A DNA stretch of 64,000 nt from Octopus bimaculoides (GCF_001194135.2 NC_068983.1:92892866-92956865); one strand, 5' to 3'. Shown: positions 26,401 to 40,860, counted from the first letter of the stretch. Numbers and translations: made by a program. The notes: generated by a model from the sequence alone, not told the origin.

Positions 26401-29400
26401 GAATCTCATCATTATTGAGACTCAGAAACTAGTTTGACAATTGTAATTTTATTTATTATTATCCTCACACATGTTCAGTTACACACATACACACACACAC
26501 GTAGAATGATGCAGCATTCACAAGAGACTTCTTTATATCAACTCCCTTTGTTTCAGCTTTCATGTAGAATATCTCACAAAGCATTACTGAAGTAACTTTA
26601 TATCTAACACAAATCTACAGAACAAAAAAATCAACAAGCTTTTCTTTATAGATTGCATTAAAAAAAAAAATGAAGTTAGTGTGAGTGAGTATGTGTGTAG
26701 TGGAGGAATACGATTTTCTTTCATCACCAACATATTGCTGAGAAGTAATTAATTTATCCTCAAATTCAAAATGAAAAACAAAAATAGCATTAATAATATT
26801 CATGAGACAGTAATTAATTACACAAAGAAAGATCTAGGAAAATAACTGATAAGTTTTTGAGAAAGAAAGGAAAAATATAATTTATAAACCTAATGAAAAC
26901 AAAAAAATATATGAATTTCCCACCTGCTAATTAGTCATAATGAAGGTTTATCTAAATATTTTGTTTTCTTTGTTAATTAAAAAATGAAAGGAAAAACAAA
27001 CTATTGATATATTTTGTAAAAATAAATTTAGCTTCAACTGTGAGTTAAGACTCCGGAACTTCTTCCAAAGTTAAACCACATGAAAGTGTTTGAATAAATA
27101 CTACATAAGAAATGTTCAACAATTACATACTTAGCATTTTAATTCTAAACTATGTACTCAAAGACAGTTAAGGAAACTCTCTTTAGAAAATTATTACCCG
27201 TTCTCAACAAGCTGTTGAAGAAATACCTTTATAAAATACTTTGCAATTGCTGAAAGATTTGCTCTATCCAATATCAATTCTTTCTCTTTTCATTCCCTAC
27301 TACTAAACTGCAGTGCATAATCCCTGTCTCCCATTTTCTACAACAGTTCTCACATGTTACACCAATCTATTAATACTTTGTCGTTTCCCTTGCTGCACAA
27401 TTTCTCTGAAGATATTCTCATAAAACACATTTCCTTCTAGGAAAACACAGACTTGCAATAGCCTGTACTACTTCCCTTACATCACCTGCTTTTTTTCTTT
27501 ACCCTGCAGATATAAACCGTTTTTCCCTGAAAGGTTTTGTGGAAACAAAAGAAAAGGAAAGGAATGACAAAATGTATTTTCTTCATTTCTCATAAGAAAG
27601 CTGACAATATTTATGAATAAGAATAAATAACAAAGTATCCTTCCCTACCACCATCATTATTATTTCCTTACTCAGCTATAAATATGTCTCTTGAGAAAGA
27701 TTTGAATGTAGAAGAATTCAGCATGCAATCACAATAGTTTTTCAAACTTGGTGATCACCTTCAGCAAACATTAAGAGAGAAACAAAATAAAACAAAACAC
27801 ATTTCCTAACAACATAATTATAGTTCCACAGATGAGATGAAAAGAAATAATTTTGTGGAAGTACATTATCTAACAAAATCATACGGGCACCTTACATCTT
27901 ATTTGGACTATTGCTTAAAGAAAAATGTTCAGCTCAAACTAATATGAATATCTAAAGAACAGATAGAATGATTAGTTCTGCTAAGGAGCTTTGATATTGG
28001 TTTCAGAAACAGGTTTCAGTACGCAGGAGAAGGTTGAATATAAATTCCGCTTAAAACTATTTAAGAAGAATTTCTGATAAAATACAAAAGGTCAGACTTT
28101 TGTACATCACGATTTGATGGTTCTTTGCCTTTGGTATTTAATGACTCGAAAAATGTTCCTTCTATAGCATTGAACATAAATAAAAATAAAATACTTTCAA
28201 AGAATTGTTAAGATGACCAAGGGAAACAATGAGTTGTGAATAAAGTGTAATGTACCCAGTGATATGTATGCTAAAGAAATAAAATTCAATATTTTCATGT
28301 GAAATATCAATGAAGCCATTATTGGTAAATTATAAATAAAAACAAAATATTTGAAAACAATAAAATCTACAGAAACAGTGCTAGTTTGTCTTCTGAACAA
28401 CTGCCAACACAAAGAAAATAAAAATTGACTAGCAAGACATCACAAGAGCAAACATGCTGTTATACTAAAGCTATAAATATTCTCTTCTTCATACAAGTGC
28501 AATATTCAGACTATAATTTGTATCACAGGCTAGAGTTGTTAAGAAACGATAATTAACAAATCTGGCAACTTCCTTCTCTAAGATTTATATTCAATCAAAA
28601 GTTGTGAAATTTATAGATGAAGATACTAAATTAAAAGAAAAATTCCTTTAGCTTTCTAGAAGAAATGTATACAAAGAAAAATATTTAGTCCATAAGACTT
28701 TCATAATACAAGTCAAATGTAGACAACAGTGGTGTTAATGTGTAGAGAGCAGAAATAAACAATGTATATAAAGAAGCATCACAAAATTTCTGATGTAAGA
28801 TAAAATCTTTTCTAATCTTATTTTCATGGAAGACAAATATTTAATACATGATTCTGTCTGTGAAAACCTATCTAAATTCAAATATCTTTGTTATTTTATC
28901 AAGGAGATTTATTTTAAAACTAGAATATCAATATTTTCAAATGAGAACCCCCCCCCCCAACCAAAACAAAACCAAACCAAAAGATTGTAACAATCTACAT
29001 GTGAAAAAGAAATAATTCATGGATATATAATCAACAACAGACCAATGTTACTGAGTGTAAGTACTCCAAACTTAAATACATGAATATATTTTACTGGAGC
29101 AATAAACTTCACTTTTTGGTAAAAGCATAAATTTAACCTCTAGGACAAATGCTTAACATTATATTTAACATCAAAGCTACTAGATCATTCTCTGACTAAA
29201 AACATTTCTTCAACTTGCTTTCAATCACTGATAAAACATAAACATCAGAATGAAGCATGAAGTACACAGTCAATGACTGATACTGAACTGGTTCCCATTA
29301 GGTTAGATTTAGGTAACCATAATTTTCTTCCACAAAATAGAATAAAATTCTTCAATTATAAAAGTAAAAACCAAAATTATGCTTCTCTTCCGAGCAACTT

Positions 29401-30383
29401 ACCATTCTCGTAACTGCCCAGTCAAATCCAAAAATGGAATAGATTACTAAGAGCTATTTCCTGCAACCTGTCAGGTCTTGTTCAGATGAAAGACACAGGA
29501 AGCTTAAGTAGATAAAATCAACTATATTTTAATGATTTCATATTCCGTCACTCTCTCCCACTGACATCTTTTACTAAAAGAACTTTTACATATTATGGGG
29601 TCTGAATTCACCTCAGAATAACTAAAAGAAAGATATATATTTTGTATATAAAAGTTCCTTTGGCTTTTCCAAAGTGATCAAAGACAGAGCAAAAGTTACA
29701 AATTTAAAGTGCAATTTCTTAAATACAATTTTTCAATTTTTTTAATATTTGACTATAATAGATTAGATGAAGCAGTGGAGAATTTTTTCTCTAATTTTCA
29801 GTGCTACAAATACTAATTTTGTTTTGTTTATTTCTGCATCAGCACAAGTAAGTTTTAGTAGAAATCTCTAATTATTATATATACAAACAACTGGAAATAT
29901 CTCTCTCAATCTAAAACCACACAAATACATTATGTATGTAGATGTCCACAAAAACATTATGTATGCAGGTGTTCACTGAAAGGAACAACAAAACTTGATC
30001 CTCCCCAGTTAGAAGCAGTATATATTTTGAGGAGTTAACTTCTGTGTTCTTAAGCTTATCTATACCAAAATTAACTTTGGAGTTGAAAACTGACTATGTG
30101 TCCATAAATGACTCAAATTATTATATTACTGGCACTTACTTCATTGATACTGGATATAATATTTCAATACAGATTATTCATGTAGTAAACTGTAAAGTGC
30201 CACTAAGCTTAACATAAATTTATAATATCTGATAGAAATTGCAATCTTATGAAAATCACTGAAAATTCCAGCAGCACAGTTATCTGTATGGTGAGTCTTT
30301 TTACCTCAACAAATCTGCAAATATGTGTTTGCATACATACATAAAGAACAGAAACATGTTGCTATGCCTAAATATGAATCTTT

Positions 30384-30418
<35 letters not shown>

Positions 30419-32855
30419 CACTCAATAGGTACATTCATTCACATGGACTAAGCAGTTGTATGCTATACTTTTCTCCTTGTTACTATTACATAAAATAGTC
30501 GTTTAATACATTTATCGGTGATTTTATTTCTACAAAGGTCGATTTTTTTTCTTCTTTTAGAAATAAAATCCATAACTTTAACAATATTGATTTCAAAATT
30601 GTTCAATTCTAGATATGGATGTTTTATGATCATTTGTATAGCAATCATAATAATAATAATAAAAAAAAACTAAAAACATTTTTCTTTCATATTTATACTT
30701 ATGCTTAAAAATGATTTTTAGTTGACTGAATCTGAAAACAACAATTTGCAGTGAAAAACAGAGCAGAGAACACATGAAAGCAGATAGCATGCAAAAAAGA
30801 GGCAACCAGGCATGCATGTCTCTTGTTTTTCATCTAGTTGAATACACTGTTTTGTTGATTTATAATAATGCTAAGTGGAGACCAAGCAAGCATAAAGAAT
30901 CAAATATTTTAACAAGTTAGTCACTTGAAGACAACTGCCAGTAGGGGACAATAAAGCCTTTCTTTCTTTGGGCTTTTGAAGCATAGACAGAATTGCATTG
31001 GTTTTTAAGTTGTCTATTTAAATCCATGAAAAATGTCAGCTTAACCTGGTCAGTAAACTTGCAGACATCCCATTCACCGGTAACACACAAAATAATACTG
31101 TAATACTTCCCTTGTCATTATGTTTGCATTGTTTTTTTTCTTTTTCCCTTCCATTTTTCTTATGTCATGTTTGGTCAGAGGTCTGGAGAATTTTTAGTGA
31201 AGTGGAATAACAAAGAATGCTGTAAAATTTCTTACAGAACTAATGAAACATGATATAACACATGACTGACACAAAGTTGACATCAAGTTGAAGATAGTTT
31301 TATGTCGTGTAGTAACAATAAACATCATTGGGAACTTGTAGAAATCAATTGAAACTATAATTTTTGCACTTTTTATCTATATTCCATTACAATCCTCATG
31401 AATGCTCTCTCTTTCTCTTTTGTGCTCTCTGACCAAAATTCATCCCTCAAAGAACATACAACCAAGCTGCTTATATCATAATATCATGCCCAGAAATCAT
31501 ATATGTTATAAGCTTTCTTTATTGAAATAGTTCTCTAGAAGAAAAATATCCTTCATCAGTTACACATTATACTAAGAATTATTTCCTTAGATTTTTTAAA
31601 ACTTGTTTTTGTTACTTTATAAGGTTGGTGAATTTGGTGGTGGTGGTGGGGGGGAGTAGAGATACAACTGTAAATCCTTTGCTCCAGGAACACTTATAGA
31701 TATGTAAAGTTGTACTAATGTCTAACTCATACCAGAATAGAAAATTGATGCAGAAATAAAAAAAAAAGCAAAAGAACGGAAGAATATTAAAACAATTATT
31801 TATATTCTCTGCAATTTGAGATGTGTGAATCTGCTGACTCACAGTCTGGTTATTCATAAGTCAATATAAGGATTTAAATTTTGTTGTTTTGCTTCATTTT
31901 ACAATGTTATTTTCCTTCTTTTTTTGAATGCCAAAAATATGTTGAACAAATTTCATAATATTAATAATGAGTGAGATGAAATGGCTGCCTCATTGGCCAT
32001 TGGTCCATAATTTTGATTCAAATTAGTACATACACTCTACTGTGCCTCTGGATAATATACATTATTCTACAAATCATTCCTATACTGATGACATTCTTTC
32101 TGCAGATCTCCATCACTTTGTTCATTGGTAACTTCAATATCTTTCGCTAGTCCTTCACAAGCTCTTGAATGAAAACTTCCAGAATACCTTGCCATGTACA
32201 CTTGAAACTTAAATCTTCTTGCAACACTGAAAACTACACATCTCATGAGAAGGAAGTCATAAGCCTGTATCTCAACTACTTAAGAACAAATCATATATAT
32301 ATGTGTATGAGTGTGTGTTTGTTAGGTTTGCTATTTAATAGTTAAGCTTAGCTGTCCTCAGTAACCAAGTACATAACATAGATGAACATATTGGATAATG
32401 TAGTCCAAGATACATAATACTCCTTTCAAAATACAGGATGGTCATAGATGGACTATCTTTGACCATTGGTATGTTCAATGCAAATCTGGGGATAAACAAC
32501 TTTAGTTATCTCTATTTCACAAACTAGAATGGACAAACAAAAGTTTTGTCCTTCTTCAGCAAACAATACAGAAGAATGGCTCATTAAGTTGTGTTATCTC
32601 AGTTATTATACTGATTTGAATGTATAGATAATTTGTGCTGAGATTGGTTTAATATAATGGAAAGTATCTGTGATATAAAGCAACAACATTGATATATCTA
32701 AGAACAATAATGAAAGGAAAACCTTTAAGAAAATCAAAAATGATATTTTAATTTTCAATAGAAAATAAATCAAATATGCATGTTTCCTGAAATTGACATA
32801 TTGTTCAAAACTGAAGCAGAAATGCACAATGACAAAGCAACATACACTTTAGAAT

Positions 32856-33243
32856 TTGTTGTTGTTGGCACTCCGTCGCTTACGACGTCGAGGGTTCCAG
32901 TTGATCCGATCAACGGAACAGCCAGCTCGTGAAATTAACGTGCAAGTGGCTGAGCATTCCACAGACACGTGTACCCTTAACGTAGTTCTTGGGGATATTC
33001 AGCGTGACACAGTGTGACAAGGCTGACCCTTTGAATTACAGGCATAACAGAAACAGGAAGTAAGAGTGAGAGAAAGTTGTGGTGGAAGAGTACAGCAGGG
33101 TTCGCCACCATCCCCTGCCGGAGCCTCGTGGAGCTTTAGGCATTTTCGCTTAATAAACACCCACAACGCTCGGTGTGGGAATCGAAACCACGATCCTATG
33201 ACCGCGAGTCCGCTGCCCTAACCACTGGGCCATTGTGCCTCCC
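32856..33243 (-). mobile_element. Young full-length tRNA-derived SINE with 11-bp target-site duplication
   Basis: Head GGGAGGCACAATGGCCCAGTGGTTAGGGCAGCGGACTCGCGG...GGTTTCGATTCC (Pol III A/B boxes), (CAA)n tail and many intact CpGs. TSD cactttagaat at 32845-32855 and 33244-33254. Confidence 0.92.
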
Positions 33244-33570
33244 CACTTTAGAATAATCTACTGACAAAACTAAGTTATAGTCAAACAAGAAACTAAACTA
33301 CTAAAGAGTCACTATTATTTTGCCGTGTCACTTGTCATGTTGCTTGGTGAAAGAAAAATGGTTTGTAAATGATCCAGAAATTACCTTTTAATGAGATTTA
33401 TTATTAGAAACAATTTCTGTCAGGTTGTTTTGTTTTGGATGTTTAATCATATTTCTGAGCTTTGTTGGATATCAATGTGAGAATAAATATTGGCAAGATA
33501 ATATACAACACATTGACATGATAATAGGAGCAAAAAGGTTTTTTTTTTTTTAATTGATATCAGAAAGGTA

Positions 33571-33611
<41 letters not shown>

Positions 33612-35167
33612 CACAGCAAAAATTAGAAATAATTTTAACCAAAGCCTGTATTACAAATAACTATGTAATATTAACCCCCACCCCACTCTGCAACTACATT
33701 GCCACAAAGCAATAATTCAGAATGGATCACTGCAAAAAGAAAGCTATAACTTGTATTATCCTATAATCTAGATACATTTAGTAGTTCTTTTTTTGTTTTT
33801 TTTTTACATAAAATTTGATTGTTTTTAGATCAGGCACTTTAATTTTATTTTTTCAGAAAACACCTTTTAGTTTTAATTTAATTGATTGAAGTATAAACTT
33901 TATCTATATACCCATCTTTTGAAATTAATAAATTTATTCAGAAATCCTTTTTAGATTTGGTACATCAAAAGGGAAAGTTTTATGCAATAAAAATTCTCGC
34001 TTCGTTTGGAATGCTAACATTTTATACACAGTCTACTCACTAAATTATGTTTAATCTTACCAATATAATCTAGAATGAAGTAAATGCTTTTAGGTCATGC
34101 TTTTGAACAATCAATGAATATATTTTTTAATATTTATCTAAAGAAATGAACAGAGATCAGTGATATTAGGAGAACAACACTTAAATATATAGCAGTGGAT
34201 GGATGGAGTGAGCATAATAGCTTTACATCAAGTTGGGGACAACTGTTCATGAAGTTTTGTCAGAATTTTATAGACAACTGTTGATTCTTAACAGCATTGA
34301 GTGAATTTGTATTTAGCTATGCCCCATTAAACATTATTGGCAAATTAAGCACTGGACGCAATCACATAAATCTCACACTATCAGTGAACTGGCAATCTAG
34401 TGCATGTTTGCCACATTCACATTGAAACTGCATCTGACTAACTAGGCTTTTATTGACCTATCCAGAGACCTCAATAGATTCTTAACCCTTTTGTAGTTGA
34501 AATTAATTGGACCTTATTTTGGATTTAAGCCAGACTATTCAATGGTTGCTTTCTGAATGGTCTTTGATCAATAACACCTATTGATTGTGGACTGAACAAA
34601 AGCAAACCTTCATGGAAATCAACACTTACAACTAGAGGATTGACATTACATAAGTTCTATTGTGTGCTTGTGTGTATGCATGTGTAGGAGAGACACAAAA
34701 AAGCTACTTTGACAACTCTTATTAAAGAACGGCATAGAAATAAAAATTAATAGTTTCAATGTAGTCTTTGAAACTAGATGAAATAGATATATTGAGCAAA
34801 CAACAGTAAAACAAAGTTTTACCCTACTTAGTAACACATTCTCTAACACCTAATACAATCATATGCCTAAATTCTTTTCTATTAAAATTCAAAAACTTTA
34901 TTATTAGAAATTTGAAACAAAATTAGAGAAAAAAAAGCATTAACTGCAAAGACACAAGATTTGATAGAGTTTTCACAAAATACATACCATAATATTTAAG
35001 CAACAATCAGTGTAATTAATGGCAAAGTTAGGAATAATATGCAATCGATGTAAAAAGCACATGACTGATCAAATAATGTATTTCATAATAGTAAACTGAT
35101 GTTACCAAAAATATTCTAATGAGGAATTTTTACCACTAAAATGGAATTGCTAAAAATGTATTAGAAA

Positions 35168-35210
<43 letters not shown>

Positions 35211-38200
35211 CTCAGATGATAAGTAGATAAAACTAATTATAACATCACATTATCCTCTTTTCGGAAAGTTGAAGTAGAATCAATTCAATATTCGCAGAGA
35301 AAATGACTAAATATATTTGGATAAAAAAAAAAAAGAAGAAATTACCAACATTTGCTTATTGAATCTTCAAAAGAAAATGTAAGTCAAAAGGTTTGAAAAA
35401 CAGAATATTTGGATTTTACATTTTCAAGAGTCTTTGTCAGTCAATTTTATTTTTTCAATCACACACACACCTCCAAACACTGGATTTTTCCTTTGAGCTG
35501 TAGAATTTATCAAAAAGAAAGCAAATTCTTATACAAGGCCAATACATAAAACAAGTTAAAAAGAATCATGAGAACTGAGCTTACTAAAAGTTACTTGTAT
35601 AGATCAAATAAGTATATTAGGAAAAAAAGTATTCCTCAAAATCAGCTAAGCAGAGATTACTTGTATTACTATAGTAAATAGCAAAAGTATAAGACCAAAT
35701 CCCTAGAATGTCAGTCTAATAAATAAAATCAAATATGTAAACTCTGGTGGTATAATAACAATAGTCTAAACAATAGAGCTTGATTGAAGACGACAAATGT
35801 AAACAAATCTATTGGATTAACATGATTTTGTTGAAGCCATATTAATTTCATAATGGTGCATTATCATGGAATATTATTGAATATGAATAGGTTTCTTCCC
35901 AGCTCACAGCTAATCTTTTCAGTCTCTGTAGGTTGAAGTATGTTTCAGAAACCAACTTAACAAATCATTAATTCTTAACTTAATTGAAAATCTTACTTCA
36001 AGCATGTTTAGACCTTTGAAATGAGAACATTGTCTTCATTTGGGTTTTCTATATTTGCTTGCCATAGACTTGAATCTATTTATCTAGAGATAAAATATCT
36101 TCTCCACAACTGCCTCTCATCTTTTTGTGGTTAATAAAATAGAATACCAATCAAGTACTGAGGTTGACATAATCAACTATCCCCTCCCACTCTCCAAATT
36201 TTAGGCTTTGTGCCAATGCTAGATATAATAATTACTATATCTTCCTCAAAATATCTCTAGCTTTTGATTTTCCCTCTATTAAACTCCCCAAAGTCAGTTA
36301 TTAAAATATATAGAAAACTAACTTAACCAACAAATATTGGTTACTATATCTAACTCCTGACATATCACATAACTAAGTTCCTATTTAAAACAGTATTTAT
36401 TTTTCTTCTATTGATTGTTTCTCTATTTCACTTCCACTCAGTGCCATATACTTATGAGCTAATGAAAGAAATACCAGTCAAATCTCCCATGTAGACATAC
36501 CAACCAAATTTCCCAGAAGACCACAACCTACCATTTAAAAAATAGGGCATATGAAATAATGTAGGTTTAAATACACTACAACTGAAAGAAAAGATGTTTC
36601 TTTGATACAACCTTCTGGAATTCCTATCACAACCAATATTTTTCTGTTTAAAGTTGCACCTCTCGTGATCTCTATTATCATTTCACATACATTGTACCAT
36701 TCTGGCATGGGTTAGATGGATCTTGCCAGTCATACCAGTTTGTCATCTTGCATACATAACAAGAGAAAGCTGGCCCACTTTGTTGTGAATGTCTTCCAGT
36801 ATGGAATCAGTGCATTTTATCATATCATTAACACTAGAGACATGATCTCATGTGGGAGGACTAAACGGGCCCTTTTACTCAAAATCAGTGCTTATTCTGA
36901 GTTACTACCCTTCTAGATGGGTAGCCTTGTGAGATAGCTTGAAATGTCAATGTTTTGTTTGTCTGCTCTATTTTTTAGACATAATTTCTATGGTTAGATG
37001 TCCTTCCTATCACTAATCACCTTACAGAACTTACTAGGTGCATTTTAGCATGTCATCAGCATCAGAGAGGTTGTTCTGAGAATGGGGAACTAAAGAATCC
37101 ATTCTATCCTGTGCCAGCTCTCATTCAGAGTTATTTATTGTTTCTCACCTTTAAATATTTAAGTGAGGTTTCCAGTTTTAGAATGCCTTCCTCACATGAA
37201 TTTCAGAAGTTCTGAAAAAGTCCATTGACACTGACTATCCTGATTAGATAATTAAAAAAAGAAATACATCCATTCTTCCATGGTGGAATGGGTCTCACAA
37301 CATCTCATCCGCCATGCCTGCTACATACATTGATACAAAATGTACAGAGAGGTGAATATAAACTACAAAAGCAACATTAATAAATCAAAATTCAACATTA
37401 TCCAGGCAACATTTATATAAATGTAGTTTTTCAATCAAAAGAAAGTGTTCAATACCAATCGAAATTGAAATCTAAAATAACTATAACTAAATATTGATTT
37501 TACTAACTTTATGCTATCCACATTATAACTTCAATGGAAAACTCAGACCACTGGACCAGTTCAATTAATTAAGGCTAACCAACAATTAAACAAATCTCAT
37601 TTTAAATTTTCCTTGGCTTGTTTTTATCAGATGAAAAATATTATATTCATCAGTGAAGGTATTTAAAGTTTTAAATGTGGTTTTATCTTCAGTAGAAGGA
37701 TTACTGAAGTAAAATTCACATTTTTTATTATGAAGGATAAAGCCATTAGGATTAACAATCAGTTTAATACATTAAAAAGATTTAAAAGCAAAATAAAAGA
37801 TATTAAAACTTTTGCTCCAAATGAATATTTCAAATGAAATATCTCAAAGGATGCTGTGAGATGTAAAGATGCATTCATTTATATTCAGTTAAATGTTAAT
37901 TAAAATAAATTTTATGGAAGGAAGATTTGCTAGTTTTATAGTCTTTAGGAATAATAAAATATAGAGAGGAACTTTTAGCAGTTAATTATTTTTGAAATTG
38001 CATATAAAAATAACCTATCTATTTATTTTTTAACAAATAGCTAAAAGTTCCTCACTGTGTCAGTAACTGTAGCAATTAAAGAAAAAAGAAAGAAAGCAAA
38101 TGCCAAATTATTTTTGAGCTTTGATTAGTTTCTGTTAGTGGAAGTTTTAATGGTATAAACTGCCGAGAGCATATAAATTGCTCAGAACGTGATGAAGAAA

Positions 38201-38774
38201 CACATTGGAGAGGAGATATAAATGAAAACAAACAAAATATATTTGAGCTTAAAAAAAAAAAATGAAGTCTAACAGAAAACAAATTGATAATAAAATGAAG
38301 TATAGAAGAAAAGGTTTCGAAAAAAAGTAAGCCATGACATTAATTTATTATTTACAAGGGTAAAAAAAAGGTTACAAACTTTTGTGGTTGAATGATGAGT
38401 TGTATAAACATAGACAATATGTTTTACAGAAATGACTAGAAATATATTTTACAAGTTTCTTATAATAGTTACATTAATGTAATAATATATTTTCTTACAT
38501 TTACCAAAGTCAACCAGAGTAAGATTTAAACTCAGAACATAAAAGGATGTAACTAAATATATCAATATATTTTCTTATATAAATGTAAAAGAATGAAGAG
38601 AATCATATGAATCTTGTTAAGTTCTTCCATGGAAAAAATCTTCTTTTCAGTAGGCACTGACGTAATTCTTCTTTCAACTAAGAATCAGCTATCATGTGGG
38701 AAAAGATGCTGCTAACCAATAAACAAGCTTTATAATTTCATATCAAAAATATCAAGTGCCTTATCAAACATAGC

Positions 38775-39030
38775 ATGTAGTGGATGCTTCATCATCATAA
38801 TCCTAATGTCAGCCGCTCCACAAAGTGTACCAGGTGTCTTTTATGTCACTGGCATGGATTCCTTTTATGATCACTGGCATGGTTGCCTTTCATGTGTCAC
38901 TGACACTGGCCAAAACGACTTCACTTAGCTTGATGTGTTTTCTAAAGCAAAGCAAATAACTAAAAGTCTCGGTCACTTGTCATTGCCTTCATGAGACTAT
39001 TACTATTCTCAGTCCTATGACTACAGTCAT
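38775..39030 (-). mobile_element. RTE 3'UTR fragment
   Basis: catcatcataatcctaatgtcagcc..gtcactggcatgg subrepeats..ggtcacttgtcattgcctt. Confidence 0.5.
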
Positions 39031-39126
39031 GCTGGGGCATCAACTTCTTAGAAGGTTGCAAATGAACAACATTGGTTCACAACCATGATATAGAAACAAT
39101 GGGACACACACACACATATTCCCCAC

Positions 39127-39190
<64 letters not shown>

Positions 39191-39199
<9 letters not shown>

Positions 39200-39786
39200 T
39201 ACAAAATGGGACAAGAACACAAAACATCCAGACAGTTAGGTGATACAAGAAAGGGATAACAAAACATCCAGATAGACGATACAAAGAAAACAAGGACAGG
39301 TCATTTAGAGTTTTCTTTCATTAGTCAAGATCCACATTATCTTTGCAATTTTGGCTGGTCATTCTCGATATTGCTCTAATCTGGCCAGCCCCAAGGAAAA
39401 ACTAAGCTAAGAGCATTAAATTCCTTGGAAGAAAGCAGTGAATGTATACAAAAACAAGGACGGAAAAAAATGAACAATGTTACACAAATACAATAAAAAT
39501 AATAGCAGGACATAACAACAGGTGTCTTTCAACTAAGGACGAATTAAATTAACCTGGCATGTGTGGAAATAAAGCCTTACGGCAGGGATTTCACAGGCAC
39601 AGGGAGGAATATCGATAACCAGCCGAAATTGCAAAGATAATCTGGATCTCGACTGATGAAAGAAAACTCCAAAAGACCTGTCCTTGTTTTCTTTGTATTG
39701 TCTATCTGGATGTTTTGTTATCCCTTTCTTGTATTGCCTAACTGTCTCAATGTTTTGCGTTCTTGTCCCATTTTGTATTATTTATA
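39191..39786. mobile_element. Foldback element (~600 bp) with ~180-bp inverted arms, inserted in a (TA)n tract
   Basis: Arms 39191-39372 and 39608-39786 are reverse complements (ataaataatacaaaatgggacaagaac.. / ..gttcttgtcccattttgtattatttat). The ORF track yields near-identical peptides on opposite strands. Confidence 0.85.
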
Positions 39787-39814
39787 TATATATTGTGGCA
39801 TATATATATTTAAA

Positions 39815-40145
39815 GACAACCTTCGGTCATGTATGACCATGGGATTGCACCTAGAAAGTTACCCTCCAAAGCACGAGCCTAGACAAGGTTGTTTATGGAA
39901 GAGACCAGCAGTCGCCCATGCATGCATACCAGCTTCCCCTCTCCATGTCACTGATGTTATCCAAGTGAAAGGCAAAGGTTGATACAGCTTGGCACCAGTG
40001 ACATCACAACTCATTTCTACAGTTGAATGAACTGGAGCAACATGAAATAAAGCACCTTGCTCAAGAACACAAACACACAGCCTAGTCCAGGAATCAAACT
40101 CACTACCTCATGATTGTGAGCCCAATGCTCTAACCACTAAACCAT
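39815..40145 (-). mobile_element. tRNA-headed SINE with CORE-like central domain
   Basis: Minus strand: tagtggttagagcattgggctcacaatc..gagtttgattcctggac..ttcttgagcaaggtgctttatttcatgttgctccagttcattcaactgtagaaatgag. Confidence 0.7.
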
Positions 40146-40199
40146 ATATATAACACGACTTTCAGTTTTCACCTACTAAATCCACTCTATAAACTGTAA

Positions 40200-40860
40200 A
40201 GATAGCCTCATACACAGATAACATCACAATTACACTCTACTACCATTTGATGAACACAGCAATACATACTACAACCCACTTAGAAACCTGGCTACAAAAA
40301 GAAATAAACTAAAGCAGCACCTAATAAATTCACTACTATCAATGACAACAAAGAATATCAAATATAACCAACCATCACACTTAACATAATCATATCATGC
40401 ATAAACAACAAAATACTAAGCGTTACATATAACATCTCAACAACATTCACATCACACCAAACAGATACAATCAACAAGGAAACAAAACAACACTTAGGAT
40501 GCTCAGACAACAACATTTGGCCAACGCAGAGACAACACAAGTGTGTAAATAATACATAAAATCTGTCATATCATGAATTACACCAGAACTACTGACAAAG
40601 AACATAACACAGTACATCACTTCTGGCTGCATATATGCACAACACCCATAGACTACTTGCATAATAAAACAAAAACACTCAAAATAAAAGACCTCTTTGG
40701 CATCAAGGAAATACAGTTAATTTCCATTGCTAACTGTAACCATTATACGCCCCACCACTGTATGCAAAAATCACCCTAAAATAGTTACACATCCATCTAC
40801 AACATGACAGAGCTACTACAAGTCGATCTTACAACCACTTTATCTTCAACTCATTAAAAA
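40200..40860 (+). mobile_element. Degraded non-LTR retrotransposon C-terminal region (I/Jockey-like)
   Basis: C/A-rich sequence with peptide TTPIDYLHNKTKTLKIKD, resembling the post-RT region of I-group LINEs. Confidence 0.4.

Noticed and set aside
33170-33243. tRNA gene-like sequences (also ~40080-40145 and 61551-61610)
   Set aside because: These are SINE heads continuing into SINE bodies and tails; no complete cloverleaf is supported.
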